From the NCBI GenBank assembly GCA_965225945.1, contig CBDDBZ010000028.1:32001-96000 (forward strand): DNA of 64,000 bases. Reading direction: 5' to 3'. The notes under the pieces are model-generated. The model made no database searches. It had not been told where the DNA came from and worked only from the letters and a program-made list of their open reading frames with translations. Source of the DNA: Alphaproteobacteria bacterium. GTDB lineage: Bacteria > Pseudomonadota > Alphaproteobacteria > GCA-2731375. Below, one piece after another: positions 54,868-64,000 of the stretch; positions within the stretch are counted from its first letter, which is position 1; each line of letters starts with the position of its first letter. Made by a program: the position numbers and the translations under genes.

Positions 54868-55965
54868 ATGGGTTTCAAGTGCGGCATCGTCGGCCTGCCG
54901 AACGTCGGCAAATCGACCCTCTTCAACGCGCTCACCAACAGCGCGCAGGCGGCGGCGGAAAACTATCCCTTCTGTACGATCGAGCCGAACATCGGCCAGG
55001 TCGCGGTGAGGGATGCGCGGCTCGACGCGCTCGCCCGGATCGGCAAGCAGGCTCGCGTGGTGCCGGCGGTGATGAACTTCGTCGACATCGCCGGCCTGGT
55101 GCGGGGCGCGGCCAAGGGTGAGGGGCTGGGCAATCGGTTTCTCGCGCACATCCGCGAGGTCGACGCCATCCTACACGTCCTCAGGGCCTTCGAGGACGAG
55201 GACGTCACCCATGTCCAGGCCCGCATCGATCCCGTGGCGGACGCGGAGATCGTCGAAACCGAGTTGATGCTGGCCGATCTCGAAAGCGTCGAACGTCGGC
55301 TCGAGGCGCTCGAAAAGCGATACCTGGGCGGCGACCGCTCGCTCGCCCCCTTGGTCGCGGTGCTGGAGCGCGTGGCCGAGTGCTTGCGCGAGGGCAAGCC
55401 GGCGCGGCTCCTCGAGGTCGACGCGGAGACCGGCAAGGCCTTCGCCGAGCTGCACCTGCTGACGGCGAAGCCGGTGCTCTACGTGGCCAACGTGGGCGAG
55501 GCGGAAGCGGACGGGGGCAATCCCCACGTCGCCGCGATCGCCGAGCGCGCCCGGGCCGAGGGGGCGGGAATAATCGTCATCTCCGCCGCCATCGAGGCCG
55601 AAATCGCGCAACTAGAGGCCGAGGAGCGCCGTGCCTTCCTGGCCGATCTGGGCCTCGAGGAGGCGGGGCTCGACCGGCTGATCCGCGCCGGCTATGCGCT
55701 GTTGGGTCTGATCACGTTCCTGACCACCGGCGCCAAGGAGACCCGGGCCTGGACCGTTTCCAAGGGGACCCGGGCGCGGGCGGCGGCCGGGCTCGTCCAC
55801 ACCGACTTCGCCCGAGGCTTCATCGCCGCCGAGACCTTCGCCGTCGACGAGCTGCTGGCGTTCGGTGGCGAACAAGCGGCCCGCGACGCCGGCAAGATGC
55901 GCCTGGAGGGTGGCGACTACGTGGTCGAGGACGGCGACGTGATCTTGTTCCGCTTCAACGTCTGA
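54868..55965 (+). CDS. ychF: Redox-regulated ATPase YchF
   Basis: GIVGLPNVGKSTLFN, NYPFCTIEPN, DIAGLV.GA.KGEGLGN.FL, HTDF, DGDVILFRFNV. Confidence 0.97.
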   Translation: MGFKCGIVGLPNVGKSTLFNALTNSAQAAAENYPFCTIEPNIGQVAVRDARLDALARIGKQARVVPAVMNFVDIAGLVRGAAKGEGLGNRFLAHIREVDAILHVLRAFEDEDVTHVQARIDPVADAEIVETELMLADLESVERRLEALEKRYLGGDRSLAPLVAVLERVAECLREGKPARLLEVDAETGKAFAELHLLTAKPVLYVANVGEAEADGGNPHVAAIAERARAEGAGIIVISAAIEAEIAQLEAEERRAFLADLGLEEAGLDRLIRAGYALLGLITFLTTGAKETRAWTVSKGTRARAAAGLVHTDFARGFIAAETFAVDELLAFGGEQAARDAGKMRLEGGDYVVEDGDVILFRFNV

Positions 55966-56066
55966 CGCAAGATCCGGTCGCCTAAGGCGCGGGAACGTAA
56001 GGTAATTTCTATTCCGGCCGATCACCCGGGCGGCATCACTAGCGCGTGAATACGTCGCACGCCCAT

Positions 56067-56095
56067 CTTGAATGTTCGCGCTGCGTTCACCATAT
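56067..56095 (+). promoter_or_regulatory. Putative sigma32 (RpoH)-type promoter
   Basis: CTTGAA-N17-CCATAT upstream of the rpoH-family gene. Confidence 0.6.
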
Positions 56096-56098
56096 TAA

Positions 56099-56139
56099 AT
56101 ATGCCCCCACTCCAACCACGAGTTGGAGTGGGGGCATAT
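56099..56139. other. 18-bp perfect hairpin at the predicted 5' end of the rpoH transcript
   Basis: ATATGCCCCCACTCCAAC-CACGA-GTTGGAGTGGGGGCATAT. Confidence 0.75.
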
Positions 56140-56261
56140 CGAAACCCGCGTGAAGACGGGTGCGGCGGTCGAGAAGACCGCGCGACCACAGCCCGGGTCG
56201 CCGACGGAGGGGCGCGAGCAAAGAGGCGTCGGAATGCAAGCCGGGGCGCAAGCGAGGTGAC

Positions 56262-57107
56262 ATGGAGACGCAAGCCAGTACTGTCGATCGGTTCATGCGG
56301 CGGATCGGCCGCTATCCCCTGCTCGAGAAAGAGGAGGAGCGCGAGCTCGCGCGGGCTTGGCGCGACCACCGCGATAGCGAGGCGCTGGACCGCCTGGTCG
56401 GCAGCCATTTGCGCCTCGTGGTCAAGATCGCCCGGGGCTCGCGGGGTTACGGCCTACCGCTCGCCGATCTGATCGCCGAGGGTTCCGTCGGCCTGGTGCA
56501 GGCGGCGGAGAAATTCGACCCGGAGATGGGCAATCGCTTCTCGACCTATGCGACCTGGTGGATTCGCGCGGCCATCGGCCAGTATGTGATGCACAATGCC
56601 CATATCGTGCGCGTCGGCACCACGGCGGCGCAGAAGAAGCTGTTCTTCAATCTGCGTTCCTTGAAGGCCAAACATGGCGACCTCGGCTCGGACGGGGTGA
56701 CGCCCGAGGTCGCAGTGAAGATCGCCGACCAACTCGGCGTCACCATCGACGACGTGCTTCAGATGGACGGACGAATCGGGCGCACCGACCAGTCGTTGAG
56801 CGCGACGATCGGCACCGACGGCACTACCACCTTCGAGGACGCGCTGGTCGACGAGACCCAGAATCCCGAGGCCTACGCGCTGGAGCAAGACGAAATGGCG
56901 CGCAGGCGGGCGATGATCCCCGGCGCGCTCTCCGGACTCAGCGCCCGTGAGCGCGATATCTTGACGCAGCGTTACCTCGAGGAAGATCGACCGACCCTGG
57001 AGACCTTGAGCGTGAAATACGGCGTCTCTCGCGAGCGCATCCGCCAGATCGAGGCGGCGGCGATGAAGAAGTTTCGCCACGCGATGCTGCGCACCGCTGA
57101 TCGATAA
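56262..57107 (+). CDS. rpoH: RNA polymerase sigma-32 family factor
   Basis: SHLRLVVKIA...RGYGLP..DLI.EG.VGL, RFSTYATWWIRA, RpoH box QKKLFFNLR, GVSRERIRQIE. Confidence 0.88.
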   Translation: METQASTVDRFMRRIGRYPLLEKEEERELARAWRDHRDSEALDRLVGSHLRLVVKIARGSRGYGLPLADLIAEGSVGLVQAAEKFDPEMGNRFSTYATWWIRAAIGQYVMHNAHIVRVGTTAAQKKLFFNLRSLKAKHGDLGSDGVTPEVAVKIADQLGVTIDDVLQMDGRIGRTDQSLSATIGTDGTTTFEDALVDETQNPEAYALEQDEMARRRAMIPGALSGLSARERDILTQRYLEEDRPTLETLSVKYGVSRERIRQIEAAAMKKFRHAMLRTADR

Positions 57108-57119
57108 ATTGATATGAAC

Positions 57120-58978
57120 TAGTGTCCTGATCGATAAATTGGCGCCGGGGGCGAGGCCGACGATATGATTATGTCTCTATTTGTTTTCAGGAGGCGCGAT
57201 TGATGGCGAGAGTGGCGGTGACGATCTCTTTGAGCGATGACGAGCGCGCCGAAGGCCGCGTCCATAACCCAACCTTGCGCCCCAGCCCGCGCGCGCCCTT
57301 CCGGCTCTCCAGGACGTAGGTCTCGTCCGCTTCCACGATCCCCTTGAGCACCTCCGAATCGCTCCGCGCCGCCGCCAGAAACCGGTGACGCCAGCGGAAC
57401 GCCGTGCTCACCGCCACGTCGCAGCGCGCCGCCGAGGCCTTCACCGTCTCCCCCTTCGCCAGCGACGCCCCGAACGACAGCCAGCGTTCCTTGTGGTGCA
57501 AGCCCGACAGCGGCGTACCGCTCAGCGCGTTGAAGGTCTTGCCGCAGCCCTTGCACTGGTAGCGCCGCAGACCCCGCGCCATACCGCGCGAAACCGCCCC
57601 TTCGCTCACGCAGTGCGGACAGCGCCGGGCCTCGTCCACACCAAGCTCGATCGCGGCCTTCGATGCCTCGCCCTCGCTCCGGCCCGACAGCACCGCGAGC
57701 GCCTCGCGCCGCTGCGCGCGCGTCAGCCCGCGCGCCGCCGAAAGCCACACCTGGAAACCCTTGCCGTCCATAACCCAACCTCCTGACGTTCCAGGCACTC
57801 TATCACTAATGCATACAATTCGCGAATTGAGCCATTTGTTTTCAGGAGGCGCGATTGATGGCGAGAGTGGCGGTGACGATCTCTTTGAGCGATGACGAGC
57901 GCGCCGAATTGGAGGCGCTGTCTCGTCGTTGCAAGACGTCGCAGGGGCTTGCGCGGCGGGCTCGGATCGTCTTGGCGGCGGCGGAAGGGTTGGAGAACAA
58001 GGAGATCGCCGTTCGTCTCGAGGCGAGCGCGGACACCGTGGGCAAGTGGCGTCGCCGCTATGCGGCGGAGGGCCTCGACGGTCTGTACGACGAACCCCGC
58101 CCCGGCGCGCCGCGTCAAATCGGCGATGACGCCATCGCGGAAGCGGTCCGGCTGACGCTGGAAGAGACGCCGCCGGACGCGACCCATTGGAGCCTTCGCT
58201 CGATGGCGCGGGCGAGCGGCCACGCGCCCTCGACCATTCATCGCATCTGGCGGGCCTTCGGCTTGCAGCCGCATCGCTCGGAGACCTTCAAGCTGTCGAG
58301 CGATCCCTTCTTCGTGGAGAAGGTCCGCGACATCGTCGGTCTGTATTTGGCGCCGCCGGATCGTGCCCTGGTTCTCTGTGTCGACGAAAAGAGCCAGATC
58401 CAGGCCTTGGACCGTTCCCAGCCCCTCTTGCCGATGCGCCCCGGGCAGGCGGAGCGGCGCAGCCACGACTACAAGCGCCACGGCACGACCTCTCTCTTCG
58501 CGGCCCTCGACATCGCCACGGGAGAGATCATCGGCAAATGTTTCCCGCGCCATCGGGCCCGAGAGTTCCGCAAATTCCTCGACCTCGTCGAGGCGAACGT
58601 CCCTGGTGATCTCGACATCCACATCGTCATGGACAACTACGGGACCCACAAGACCAAGGCGATCCGCGACTGGTTCGCCAAACGGCCGCGCTGGCAGGCC
58701 CATTTCACACCCACCAGCGCCTCCTGGCTCAACCAGGTCGAGCGCTGGTTCGGGCTGCTGACCGACAAGCAGATCAGGCGCGGCGTCCATCGCTCCACCA
58801 AGGAGTTGGAGCGCACCATCCTCGACTACATCGACACGACAAACCAGAACCCCAAACCCTTCAAATGGACCAAATCCGCCGATGACATCCTCGGCGCCAT
58901 CCAGCGGTTCTGCCTCCGAACAATCGAAATCGCTGAACAGCAGGCGAAAATCATGCGAACTTCGGAATCGGGACACTA
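57120..58978 (+). mobile_element. IS630-family element interrupted by an IS1595 fragment
   Basis: Ends CTAGTGTCCTGAT (57119) and ATCGGGACACTAG (58979), consistent with a TA duplication in CTAG. Confidence 0.85.
57273..57833 (-). mobile_element. IS1595-family partial copy (left TIR plus 5' part of the transposase)
   Basis: TIR GGCTCAATTCGCGAATTGTATGC at 57811-57833; near-identical to the left half of 20728-21730 but in frame. Confidence 0.85.
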
Positions 58979-58979
58979 G
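57858..58979 (+). CDS. IS630-family transposase
   Basis: N-terminal HTH ([18 protein letters not shown]); [46 protein letters not shown]. Confidence 0.95.
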   Translation: MARVAVTISLSDDERAELEALSRRCKTSQGLARRARIVLAAAEGLENKEIAVRLEASADTVGKWRRRYAAEGLDGLYDEPRPGAPRQIGDDAIAEAVRLTLEETPPDATHWSLRSMARASGHAPSTIHRIWRAFGLQPHRSETFKLSSDPFFVEKVRDIVGLYLAPPDRALVLCVDEKSQIQALDRSQPLLPMRPGQAERRSHDYKRHGTTSLFAALDIATGEIIGKCFPRHRAREFRKFLDLVEANVPGDLDIHIVMDNYGTHKTKAIRDWFAKRPRWQAHFTPTSASWLNQVERWFGLLTDKQIRRGVHRSTKELERTILDYIDTTNQNPKPFKWTKSADDILGAIQRFCLRTIEIAEQQAKIMRTSESGH

Positions 58980-59049
58980 AGCGCTTCAGGTTTGAAGCTA
59001 TTCACCGGACCGTCGACGTCGGTCACGGAGCGTCCTCGCGGTCCGTGCG

Positions 59050-59856
59050 CTACCAGCGGACGCCGGGGGGGCGTTCGATGGTGTCAAGGAAGTCGCACAC
59101 CATGTCGTGCATCGCCGGGCCGGCGACGACGACGGAATCGACCACCGGCCGGGCCTGGTTGAAGCCAAATTCGGCGCCTCGCGCCGTGCTCTCCCGCCCG
59201 CCCGCTTCGTCCAGGATCACCGTGGCGCCGGCGATGTCCCACTCGCTCTTCTCGCCGAGCGAGACGCAGGCGTCGTAACGACCGGCGGCGACCAGCGACA
59301 TCCGATAGGCGATCGAGTTGATGGCGAAGAATTCGGCGCCCTCGGGCGGGCCGTCCCAACCGGCGCGGGCGAACATCCGGGTGCCGGAAATCACGCGGGC
59401 ACCCGACCAGCCGGCCTGGCCGCTGGCCCGGATCGGCGTCGTGTTGAGGCGGGCGCCGGTGCCGCGGGCGGCCTCGAACAGCTCTTCCGTCACGGGATTG
59501 AAGACGACGCCCGCGATCGCCCGCCCGTCCTCCACCAGCGCGGCGGACACGGTGAATTCCGGCTCGCCTCGAAGGAAGGCACGGGTCCCGTCGATCGGAT
59601 CGACGACGAAGATGCGCCGGCGGTCGAGCCTCGCGGCTGTGTCCACCGTCTCCTCGGAGAGCCAGCCGTAGTCCGGGCGCGCTTGGCCCAGGCGCTCGCG
59701 CAGCATTTCGTCGACGGCGTGGTCGGCCTCGCTCACCGGATCGCCCGGCGCCTTGTCCCAGTGCTCGACCTCGCCTTGGAAATATTCGAGCGCCAGCGCA
59801 CCGGCGTCGCGGACGCAATCGATCAGCAGCGCATGGTCGGCGGCAAGCTCGCTCAC
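59050..59856 (-). CDS. Inositol monophosphatase / CysQ family protein
   Basis: PVSEAD, GWLSEE, VVDPIDGTRAF, EWDIAGA. Confidence 0.9.
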   Translation of the reverse strand: MSELAADHALLIDCVRDAGALALEYFQGEVEHWDKAPGDPVSEADHAVDEMLRERLGQARPDYGWLSEETVDTAARLDRRRIFVVDPIDGTRAFLRGEPEFTVSAALVEDGRAIAGVVFNPVTEELFEAARGTGARLNTTPIRASGQAGWSGARVISGTRMFARAGWDGPPEGAEFFAINSIAYRMSLVAAGRYDACVSLGEKSEWDIAGATVILDEAGGRESTARGAEFGFNQARPVVDSVVVAGPAMHDMVCDFLDTIERPPGVRW

Positions 59857-61217
59857 GTTCCGGCGACCGTCATGCCGTCGACCCGGAGCGTCGGGGCGTT
59901 GGAGCCATGGCGGAACACCAGGTCGTTCGCCGGCGTTATCTGGCGAAACATCTCCACGAGGTTGCCGGCGATGGTCAGCTCGCTCACCGGAAAGGCCTTC
60001 CGACCCTTCTCGATCCAAAAGCCAGAAGCGCCGCGACTATAATCGCCGGTGAGAGGATTGACGCCGAAGCCGATCAGCTCGGCGACGTAGAAGCCGGAAT
60101 CGATTTCCGCGATCAGTTCCTCGGGCGAGGCCGATCCGGCGGCCAGGTAGAGGTTGCTGGCGGCGGGCGACGGCGGTCCGGCCGTGCCGCGGCTGGCGTT
60201 GCCCGTGGTCTCCAGGCCGAGTTGGCGGGCCGACGCGCTGTCCAGCAGCCAACCGGTGAGGCGGCCTGCGTCGATCAGCACCCGCTTTGCGTTAGCCACG
60301 CCCTCGCCGTCGAACGGTTTGGAGGCGAGGCCGCGCGGGCGGCCCGGATCGTCGACGATCTCGATGCCCTCGGCGAACACCGTGGTCCCGAGCGCGTCTT
60401 TGAGGAAGCTCGTGCCCCGGGCGACGGCCTGGCCCGAGATCGCCCCGGCGAAGTGGCCCAAGAGGCTGCGCGAGACCCGGGGATCGAAGACCACCGGCGC
60501 CGGCGCGGTCTCGACCTTGCGGGGGCCCAGGCGTGCCACCGCCATCTCGCCCGCCCGGCGGCCGACCTCGGTCGCGTCGTCAAGGTCGGCCCGGTGGCGG
60601 GCCGAGGTGAACTCGTAGTCACGCTCCATGCCCGTGCCCTCGCCGGCGACCACCGAGGCGTGGAAGGAGTGGTTGGAGCCGCCATAGGCGCCGGCGAAGC
60701 CGCTGGAGGTGACCAGCGCGACCCGGCTCCGCGACCAGCCGGCCGCCGCCTCTTCCGAATTGGTGACGCCCGGAACCGCCAGCGCGCTCGCCTCGCAAGT
60801 ACCCGCAATCTCATAGAGCGTCTCGGCCGAGGGCGCCTCGCCGTCGTCGAGATCGAGATCGGCCACCTCGCGGGCCAGGCGATCCTCGGGCGCAAGGCCG
60901 GCATAGGCGTCCTCCGGCGCCGCCTTGGCCATGGCGACCACCCGCTCGGCCAGACGCGACAGGGTCACGGGCGAGAGGTCGGTCGAGGACACCACGGCGG
61001 GCCGGCGGCCGACGAAGGCGCGAAGCCCCAGGTCGCGACCCTCGGAGCGGTCGAGATCCTCCGGCTGGCCGAGGCGATGGCTGACGCCGAGGGAGGTCGA
61101 GCGGAACAGCACCGCGTCGGCCGCGTCGGCGCCGGCGCGGCGGGCCTGGGCGATCAGATCGCCGAGCAGGTCGAGATCGTTGGCGGACTCGGCGTTCGCC
61201 GACTTTGGCACCGACAT
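59853..61217 (-). CDS. pmbA: TldD/PmbA family metalloprotease subunit PmbA (TldE)
   Basis: GMERDY, ARGTSFL, PFDGEG, GVNPLTGDYSRGASGFWIE, PVSELTIAGNL. Confidence 0.9.
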   Translation of the reverse strand: MSVPKSANAESANDLDLLGDLIAQARRAGADAADAVLFRSTSLGVSHRLGQPEDLDRSEGRDLGLRAFVGRRPAVVSSTDLSPVTLSRLAERVVAMAKAAPEDAYAGLAPEDRLAREVADLDLDDGEAPSAETLYEIAGTCEASALAVPGVTNSEEAAAGWSRSRVALVTSSGFAGAYGGSNHSFHASVVAGEGTGMERDYEFTSARHRADLDDATEVGRRAGEMAVARLGPRKVETAPAPVVFDPRVSRSLLGHFAGAISGQAVARGTSFLKDALGTTVFAEGIEIVDDPGRPRGLASKPFDGEGVANAKRVLIDAGRLTGWLLDSASARQLGLETTGNASRGTAGPPSPAASNLYLAAGSASPEELIAEIDSGFYVAELIGFGVNPLTGDYSRGASGFWIEKGRKAFPVSELTIAGNLVEMFRQITPANDLVFRHGSNAPTLRVDGMTVAGT

Positions 61218-61347
61218 GGGAGGGGCTCCTCGGGGGCGGTCAAGGCACCGGACGGATCCGGTGACCTATATATGCGGTTTTCCGCCGGCGTGACCAGCCA
61301 GGGCAAGGGACCGGGCTAGGGCTAGACCGCGGCCTAGGGACCGTCCT

Positions 61348-62181
61348 TCAAGAAACCAGTTCGCGTTGCCTTTTCGGGTGGCCGCGTTGGAAGTCGTTCT
61401 TGCCGCACCTGTCGGTGCCGCGCAGCAGCAGCAGCGCCCGGGTGTCGTGGCCGTAACCCTTGAAGTGGCGCAATACGGCCGCGTCGTGATCGTAGTGACT
61501 CGTCGCCGGCATGAAGCGGAGCGTGTAGCCCGCGCGCACCTGCCCGCTGGTGTTGGGCTGGGCGCCATGCGCGGTGAAGACGTCGAACAGCACCAATTGC
61601 CCGGGCTCCAGTTCCACGTCGCGGGCGGTGCTCTCGTCCACCTCGTTTCGCTCGAGCCGGGTGTAAATGAAGAGATCGGGGCTGTCGACGACGTCGTGCT
61701 TGGCGATCCGGCGCGCCCTGTTGGAGCCCTTCAGGAAGCGGAGGCAGCCGTTCTCCACCGTGCTCTCGAACACCGAGATCCAGACCGAGGTCGTGGCCAT
61801 CGGCTTGATCGGCGAATGTTCCGCATCCTGGTGCCAGGGCGTCGCCGTGCCCGTGGTCGCTCGCTTGTGGAAGATGCCGCTGCCCCACAGGATCACGTCC
61901 GGGCCGATGATCTGGGCCACCATCTCGACGATATCGGGCTGGGTCGCGATATCGATCCAGCCGGGCCGCGACACCATCCCCTCGACGCCGCTGCCGGGGA
62001 TGTGGGGCCCGACCATGTGGCGGTCGCAAAGGCTCGGGTTGTCGGCCACCAGATGCAGGGTCAACTCTTGCAGCTTGGCCAGCATCGGTTCCGAGAGGCG
62101 ATATTCCGGGACCACGAAGCCGTCCCGGTGGTAGGCCTCGACTTCCCGCTCGGACAGAATCTCGCTCGCCGCCTGGCTCAT
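61348..62181 (-). CDS. Phytanoyl-CoA dioxygenase (PhyH) family 2OG-Fe(II) oxygenase
   Basis: YHRDGFVV, TPWHQD (HxD), ENGCLRF..GS, TAHGA.PN.S...R. Confidence 0.88.
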   Translation of the reverse strand: MSQAASEILSEREVEAYHRDGFVVPEYRLSEPMLAKLQELTLHLVADNPSLCDRHMVGPHIPGSGVEGMVSRPGWIDIATQPDIVEMVAQIIGPDVILWGSGIFHKRATTGTATPWHQDAEHSPIKPMATTSVWISVFESTVENGCLRFLKGSNRARRIAKHDVVDSPDLFIYTRLERNEVDESTARDVELEPGQLVLFDVFTAHGAQPNTSGQVRAGYTLRFMPATSHYDHDAAVLRHFKGYGHDTRALLLLRGTDRCGKNDFQRGHPKRQRELVS

Positions 62182-62210
62182 GGCGTCCCTCCCTTGCTCG
62201 CCCGAGGGTT

Positions 62211-63404
62211 TCATGATCCGTCCGGGCTGTCCAGAAACGGTCGGGATCGGTACAGCCGTTCGCTCGCGAGCCGCGCGCCCGCGCTCATCGCGGCGAGCTT
62301 GGCCCAGACCACGTCCTCGGCCACCCGGCCGAAGCCGGCGGAGGTGTCGAAGCCGCAGTCGGTGGCGGCGCCCAGCCGTTCCGGCCCGCCGATTGCGCGC
62401 GCGATCCGCTGCAGCCGGTCGGCCACCACCTCGGGGTGCTCGACGAAGTTGGTCGTGGTGTCGATCACGCCCGCGATCAGGCCCATGTGGTCGGGCAGCG
62501 GCAGGTCCTCGAAGACGTGGAACTCGTGCGCGTGGCGGGGGTTGGCGAAGGGCAGGACCAGGGCGCTCACCTTCGCCTGGTAGAGGATCGGCAAGATATC
62601 GGCGAGCGGCACGTCCAGATCGTGCGGCCCCTCGTAGTTGCCCCAGCAGACGTGGAGGCGGACGCGCTCCGCCGGAATGCCCTCCAAGCCCTCGTTCAAG
62701 CGAGTGATGACGCGCTCGACGAAATTCCGGAATTCGGCGAGCGGCCGTTCGGCATAGGTGACGTGGCGCTCGAGCGCGAGATCGGGGCAGTCGAGCTGCA
62801 ACGCGAACCCGGCGTCGACCACGGCCTTGTATTCGGTCCGAAGCGCCCTCGTCAGCGCGCCGAGATAAGCGTCCTCGTCGCCGTAATGGTCGTCTCGGAT
62901 GGCGGCGGCGATGATCCCGGGCGACGGCGCGGCGAGAAAGCCGCGGTCCTCGGCCAGCCCGTTCTCGGCCAGTACGGTGGCGAAATCGGCGCATTCCTGC
63001 TCGATCAGGGCGGCATCGAGATAGCGGACCTCGTCCACCACGCGGGGCAGCTCGAAATTGCTGACCGCCGTCAGCGAGCCGGTGAGCCTGGCCCGCATCT
63101 CGGCGAAGACGGGATAGCGCTGGACGTCGGCGAGCGGCGGCCGGCCGCCGCCTGGGGCGAAGCCGCTCATCCGCCGCTGGACATAGAGGAAGAAGGCTTC
63201 CCGCGTCTGTTCGCCGTTGTTGACCAGGTCGATGCCGGCCTCGAGCTGCTTCGGCACCACCCAGCGGGTCGCCTCGGCCGCCGCCCGGGCGAGTTCGACT
63301 TCGTCGACCGGCTCGCCGTGCGCGCGGCGGGCATAGAGTTGCACCAGGGCCGGCGGCCTCGGCAGGCTGCCGGCATGGGTGGTCTGGATGCGGATCTCGT
63401 TCAT
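62211..63404 (-). CDS. Cobalamin-independent methionine synthase II family (MetE C-terminal-like) protein
   Basis: TTHAGSLPRP, LQLDCPDLA, RLHVCWGNYEGPH..D, ANPRHAHE, TDCGF. Confidence 0.88.
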   Translation of the reverse strand: MNEIRIQTTHAGSLPRPPALVQLYARRAHGEPVDEVELARAAAEATRWVVPKQLEAGIDLVNNGEQTREAFFLYVQRRMSGFAPGGGRPPLADVQRYPVFAEMRARLTGSLTAVSNFELPRVVDEVRYLDAALIEQECADFATVLAENGLAEDRGFLAAPSPGIIAAAIRDDHYGDEDAYLGALTRALRTEYKAVVDAGFALQLDCPDLALERHVTYAERPLAEFRNFVERVITRLNEGLEGIPAERVRLHVCWGNYEGPHDLDVPLADILPILYQAKVSALVLPFANPRHAHEFHVFEDLPLPDHMGLIAGVIDTTTNFVEHPEVVADRLQRIARAIGGPERLGAATDCGFDTSAGFGRVAEDVVWAKLAAMSAGARLASERLYRSRPFLDSPDGS

Positions 63405-63456
63405 GGGCTCGGGCTCCCTCGCCGCCGCGCGGATCTTGGCGGGGCCGGGGGCGCAT

Positions 63457-63484
63457 GGCAACATCGCCCAGGCAACATCGCCCA
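63457..63484. repeat. 14-bp tandem duplication upstream of the glycosyltransferase RBS
   Basis: GGCAACATCGCCCA x2. Confidence 0.8.
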
Positions 63485-63508
63485 GGGGAGGATTGAGGAT
63501 AACGCCCG

Positions 63509-64000
63509 ATGATCTCCGTCGTGATCCCGGTCCTGAACGAGGCGGCGAACCTCGCCTGCCTGCTGCCAATTCTCGGCGCCGAGCCGGAGATCGGCGAGAT
63601 CCTGGTGGTCGACGGCGGCAGCGAGGACGGATCCAAAGCCATCGCCCGGGCGGCGGGGTGCAGTGTCGTCGCGGCACCCCGGGGTCGGGGGCCCCAATTG
63701 GCGGCGGGCGGCGCACCGGCCCGGGGCAAAATACTGCTGTTCCTGCACGCCGACTGCGGCTTTCCCCCGGGGGGTGCGGGTCGAATCGTCGAAGTGCTGG
63801 AAGCCCGGCCCGAGGTGGTCGGCGGCAACTTCCGCCTCCATTTCGACGGCGAGGATGCCTTCTCTCGCTGGCTCGACGGCTTCTACGCCTGGATCCGCGC
63901 ACGCGGCGTCTACTATGGCGATTCCGGCGTCTTCGTCCGCCGCCGCGCCCATGAGGCGCTCGGCGGCATCCGCCCGATCGCCCTGATGGAGGACTACGAC
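63509..64000 (+). CDS. Family 2 glycosyltransferase (TIGR04283-like), partial at the window end
   Basis: Manual translation MISVVIPVLNEA...VVDGGS.DG...GRGPQL..G...LLFLHAD...YGDSGVFVRR...GG.RPIALMED. Confidence 0.85.
   Translation, partial: MISVVIPVLNEAANLACLLPILGAEPEIGEILVVDGGSEDGSKAIARAAGCSVVAAPRGRGPQLAAGGAPARGKILLFLHADCGFPPGGAGRIVEVLEARPEVVGGNFRLHFDGEDAFSRWLDGFYAWIRARGVYYGDSGVFVRRRAHEALGGIRPIALMEDYD

Noticed and set aside
61348-63828. 826-aa fusion ORF ending in the dioxygenase
   Set aside because: The upstream 550 aa are an alternate frame over the MetE-like gene; an RBS (GGGAGGG) precedes the ATG at 62181

Overview
High-GC alphaproteobacterial chromosome segment. The lineage call is inferred from the stand-alone atpHAGDC operon, zapE-mdh, gpmI-envC, DUF1192 beside a quinone oxidoreductase, a perfect CtrA box and an RpoH paralog. 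Housekeeping genes (gpmI, atpHAGDC, mdh, zapE, argG, ychF, pmbA, rpoH) are interleaved with catabolic and transport genes: two peptide/nickel-type ABC systems, two family III CoA-transferases, two crotonases, a P450, an FAD/FeS oxidase and a class V aminotransferase. The most unusual content is non-coding. (i) A candidate CtrA-driven small RNA with an anti-Shine-Dalgarno motif and terminator at about 22558-22673. (ii) Two copies of a structured 264-283 bp MITE, one sitting on the atpG stop codon. (iii) A 17 x 16-bp G-rich array directly upstream of an ABC permease start, plus several short tandem duplications in translation-initiation regions. (iv) REP-like GGGACACAATACTTA palindromes and a gutted RAYT-like transposase. 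(v) A transposase-less cassette with 43-bp TIRs, an 8-bp TSD and NrdR-box-like motifs, inserted next to one of those palindromes. IS1595 and IS630 elements are present. Several single-base frameshifts and two scrambled junctions (about 45400-46600 and 57180-57280) look like long-read consensus artefacts and need read-level checking. No rRNA, tRNA or CRISPR array was seen. All family assignments are by eye from motifs; no database search was run.
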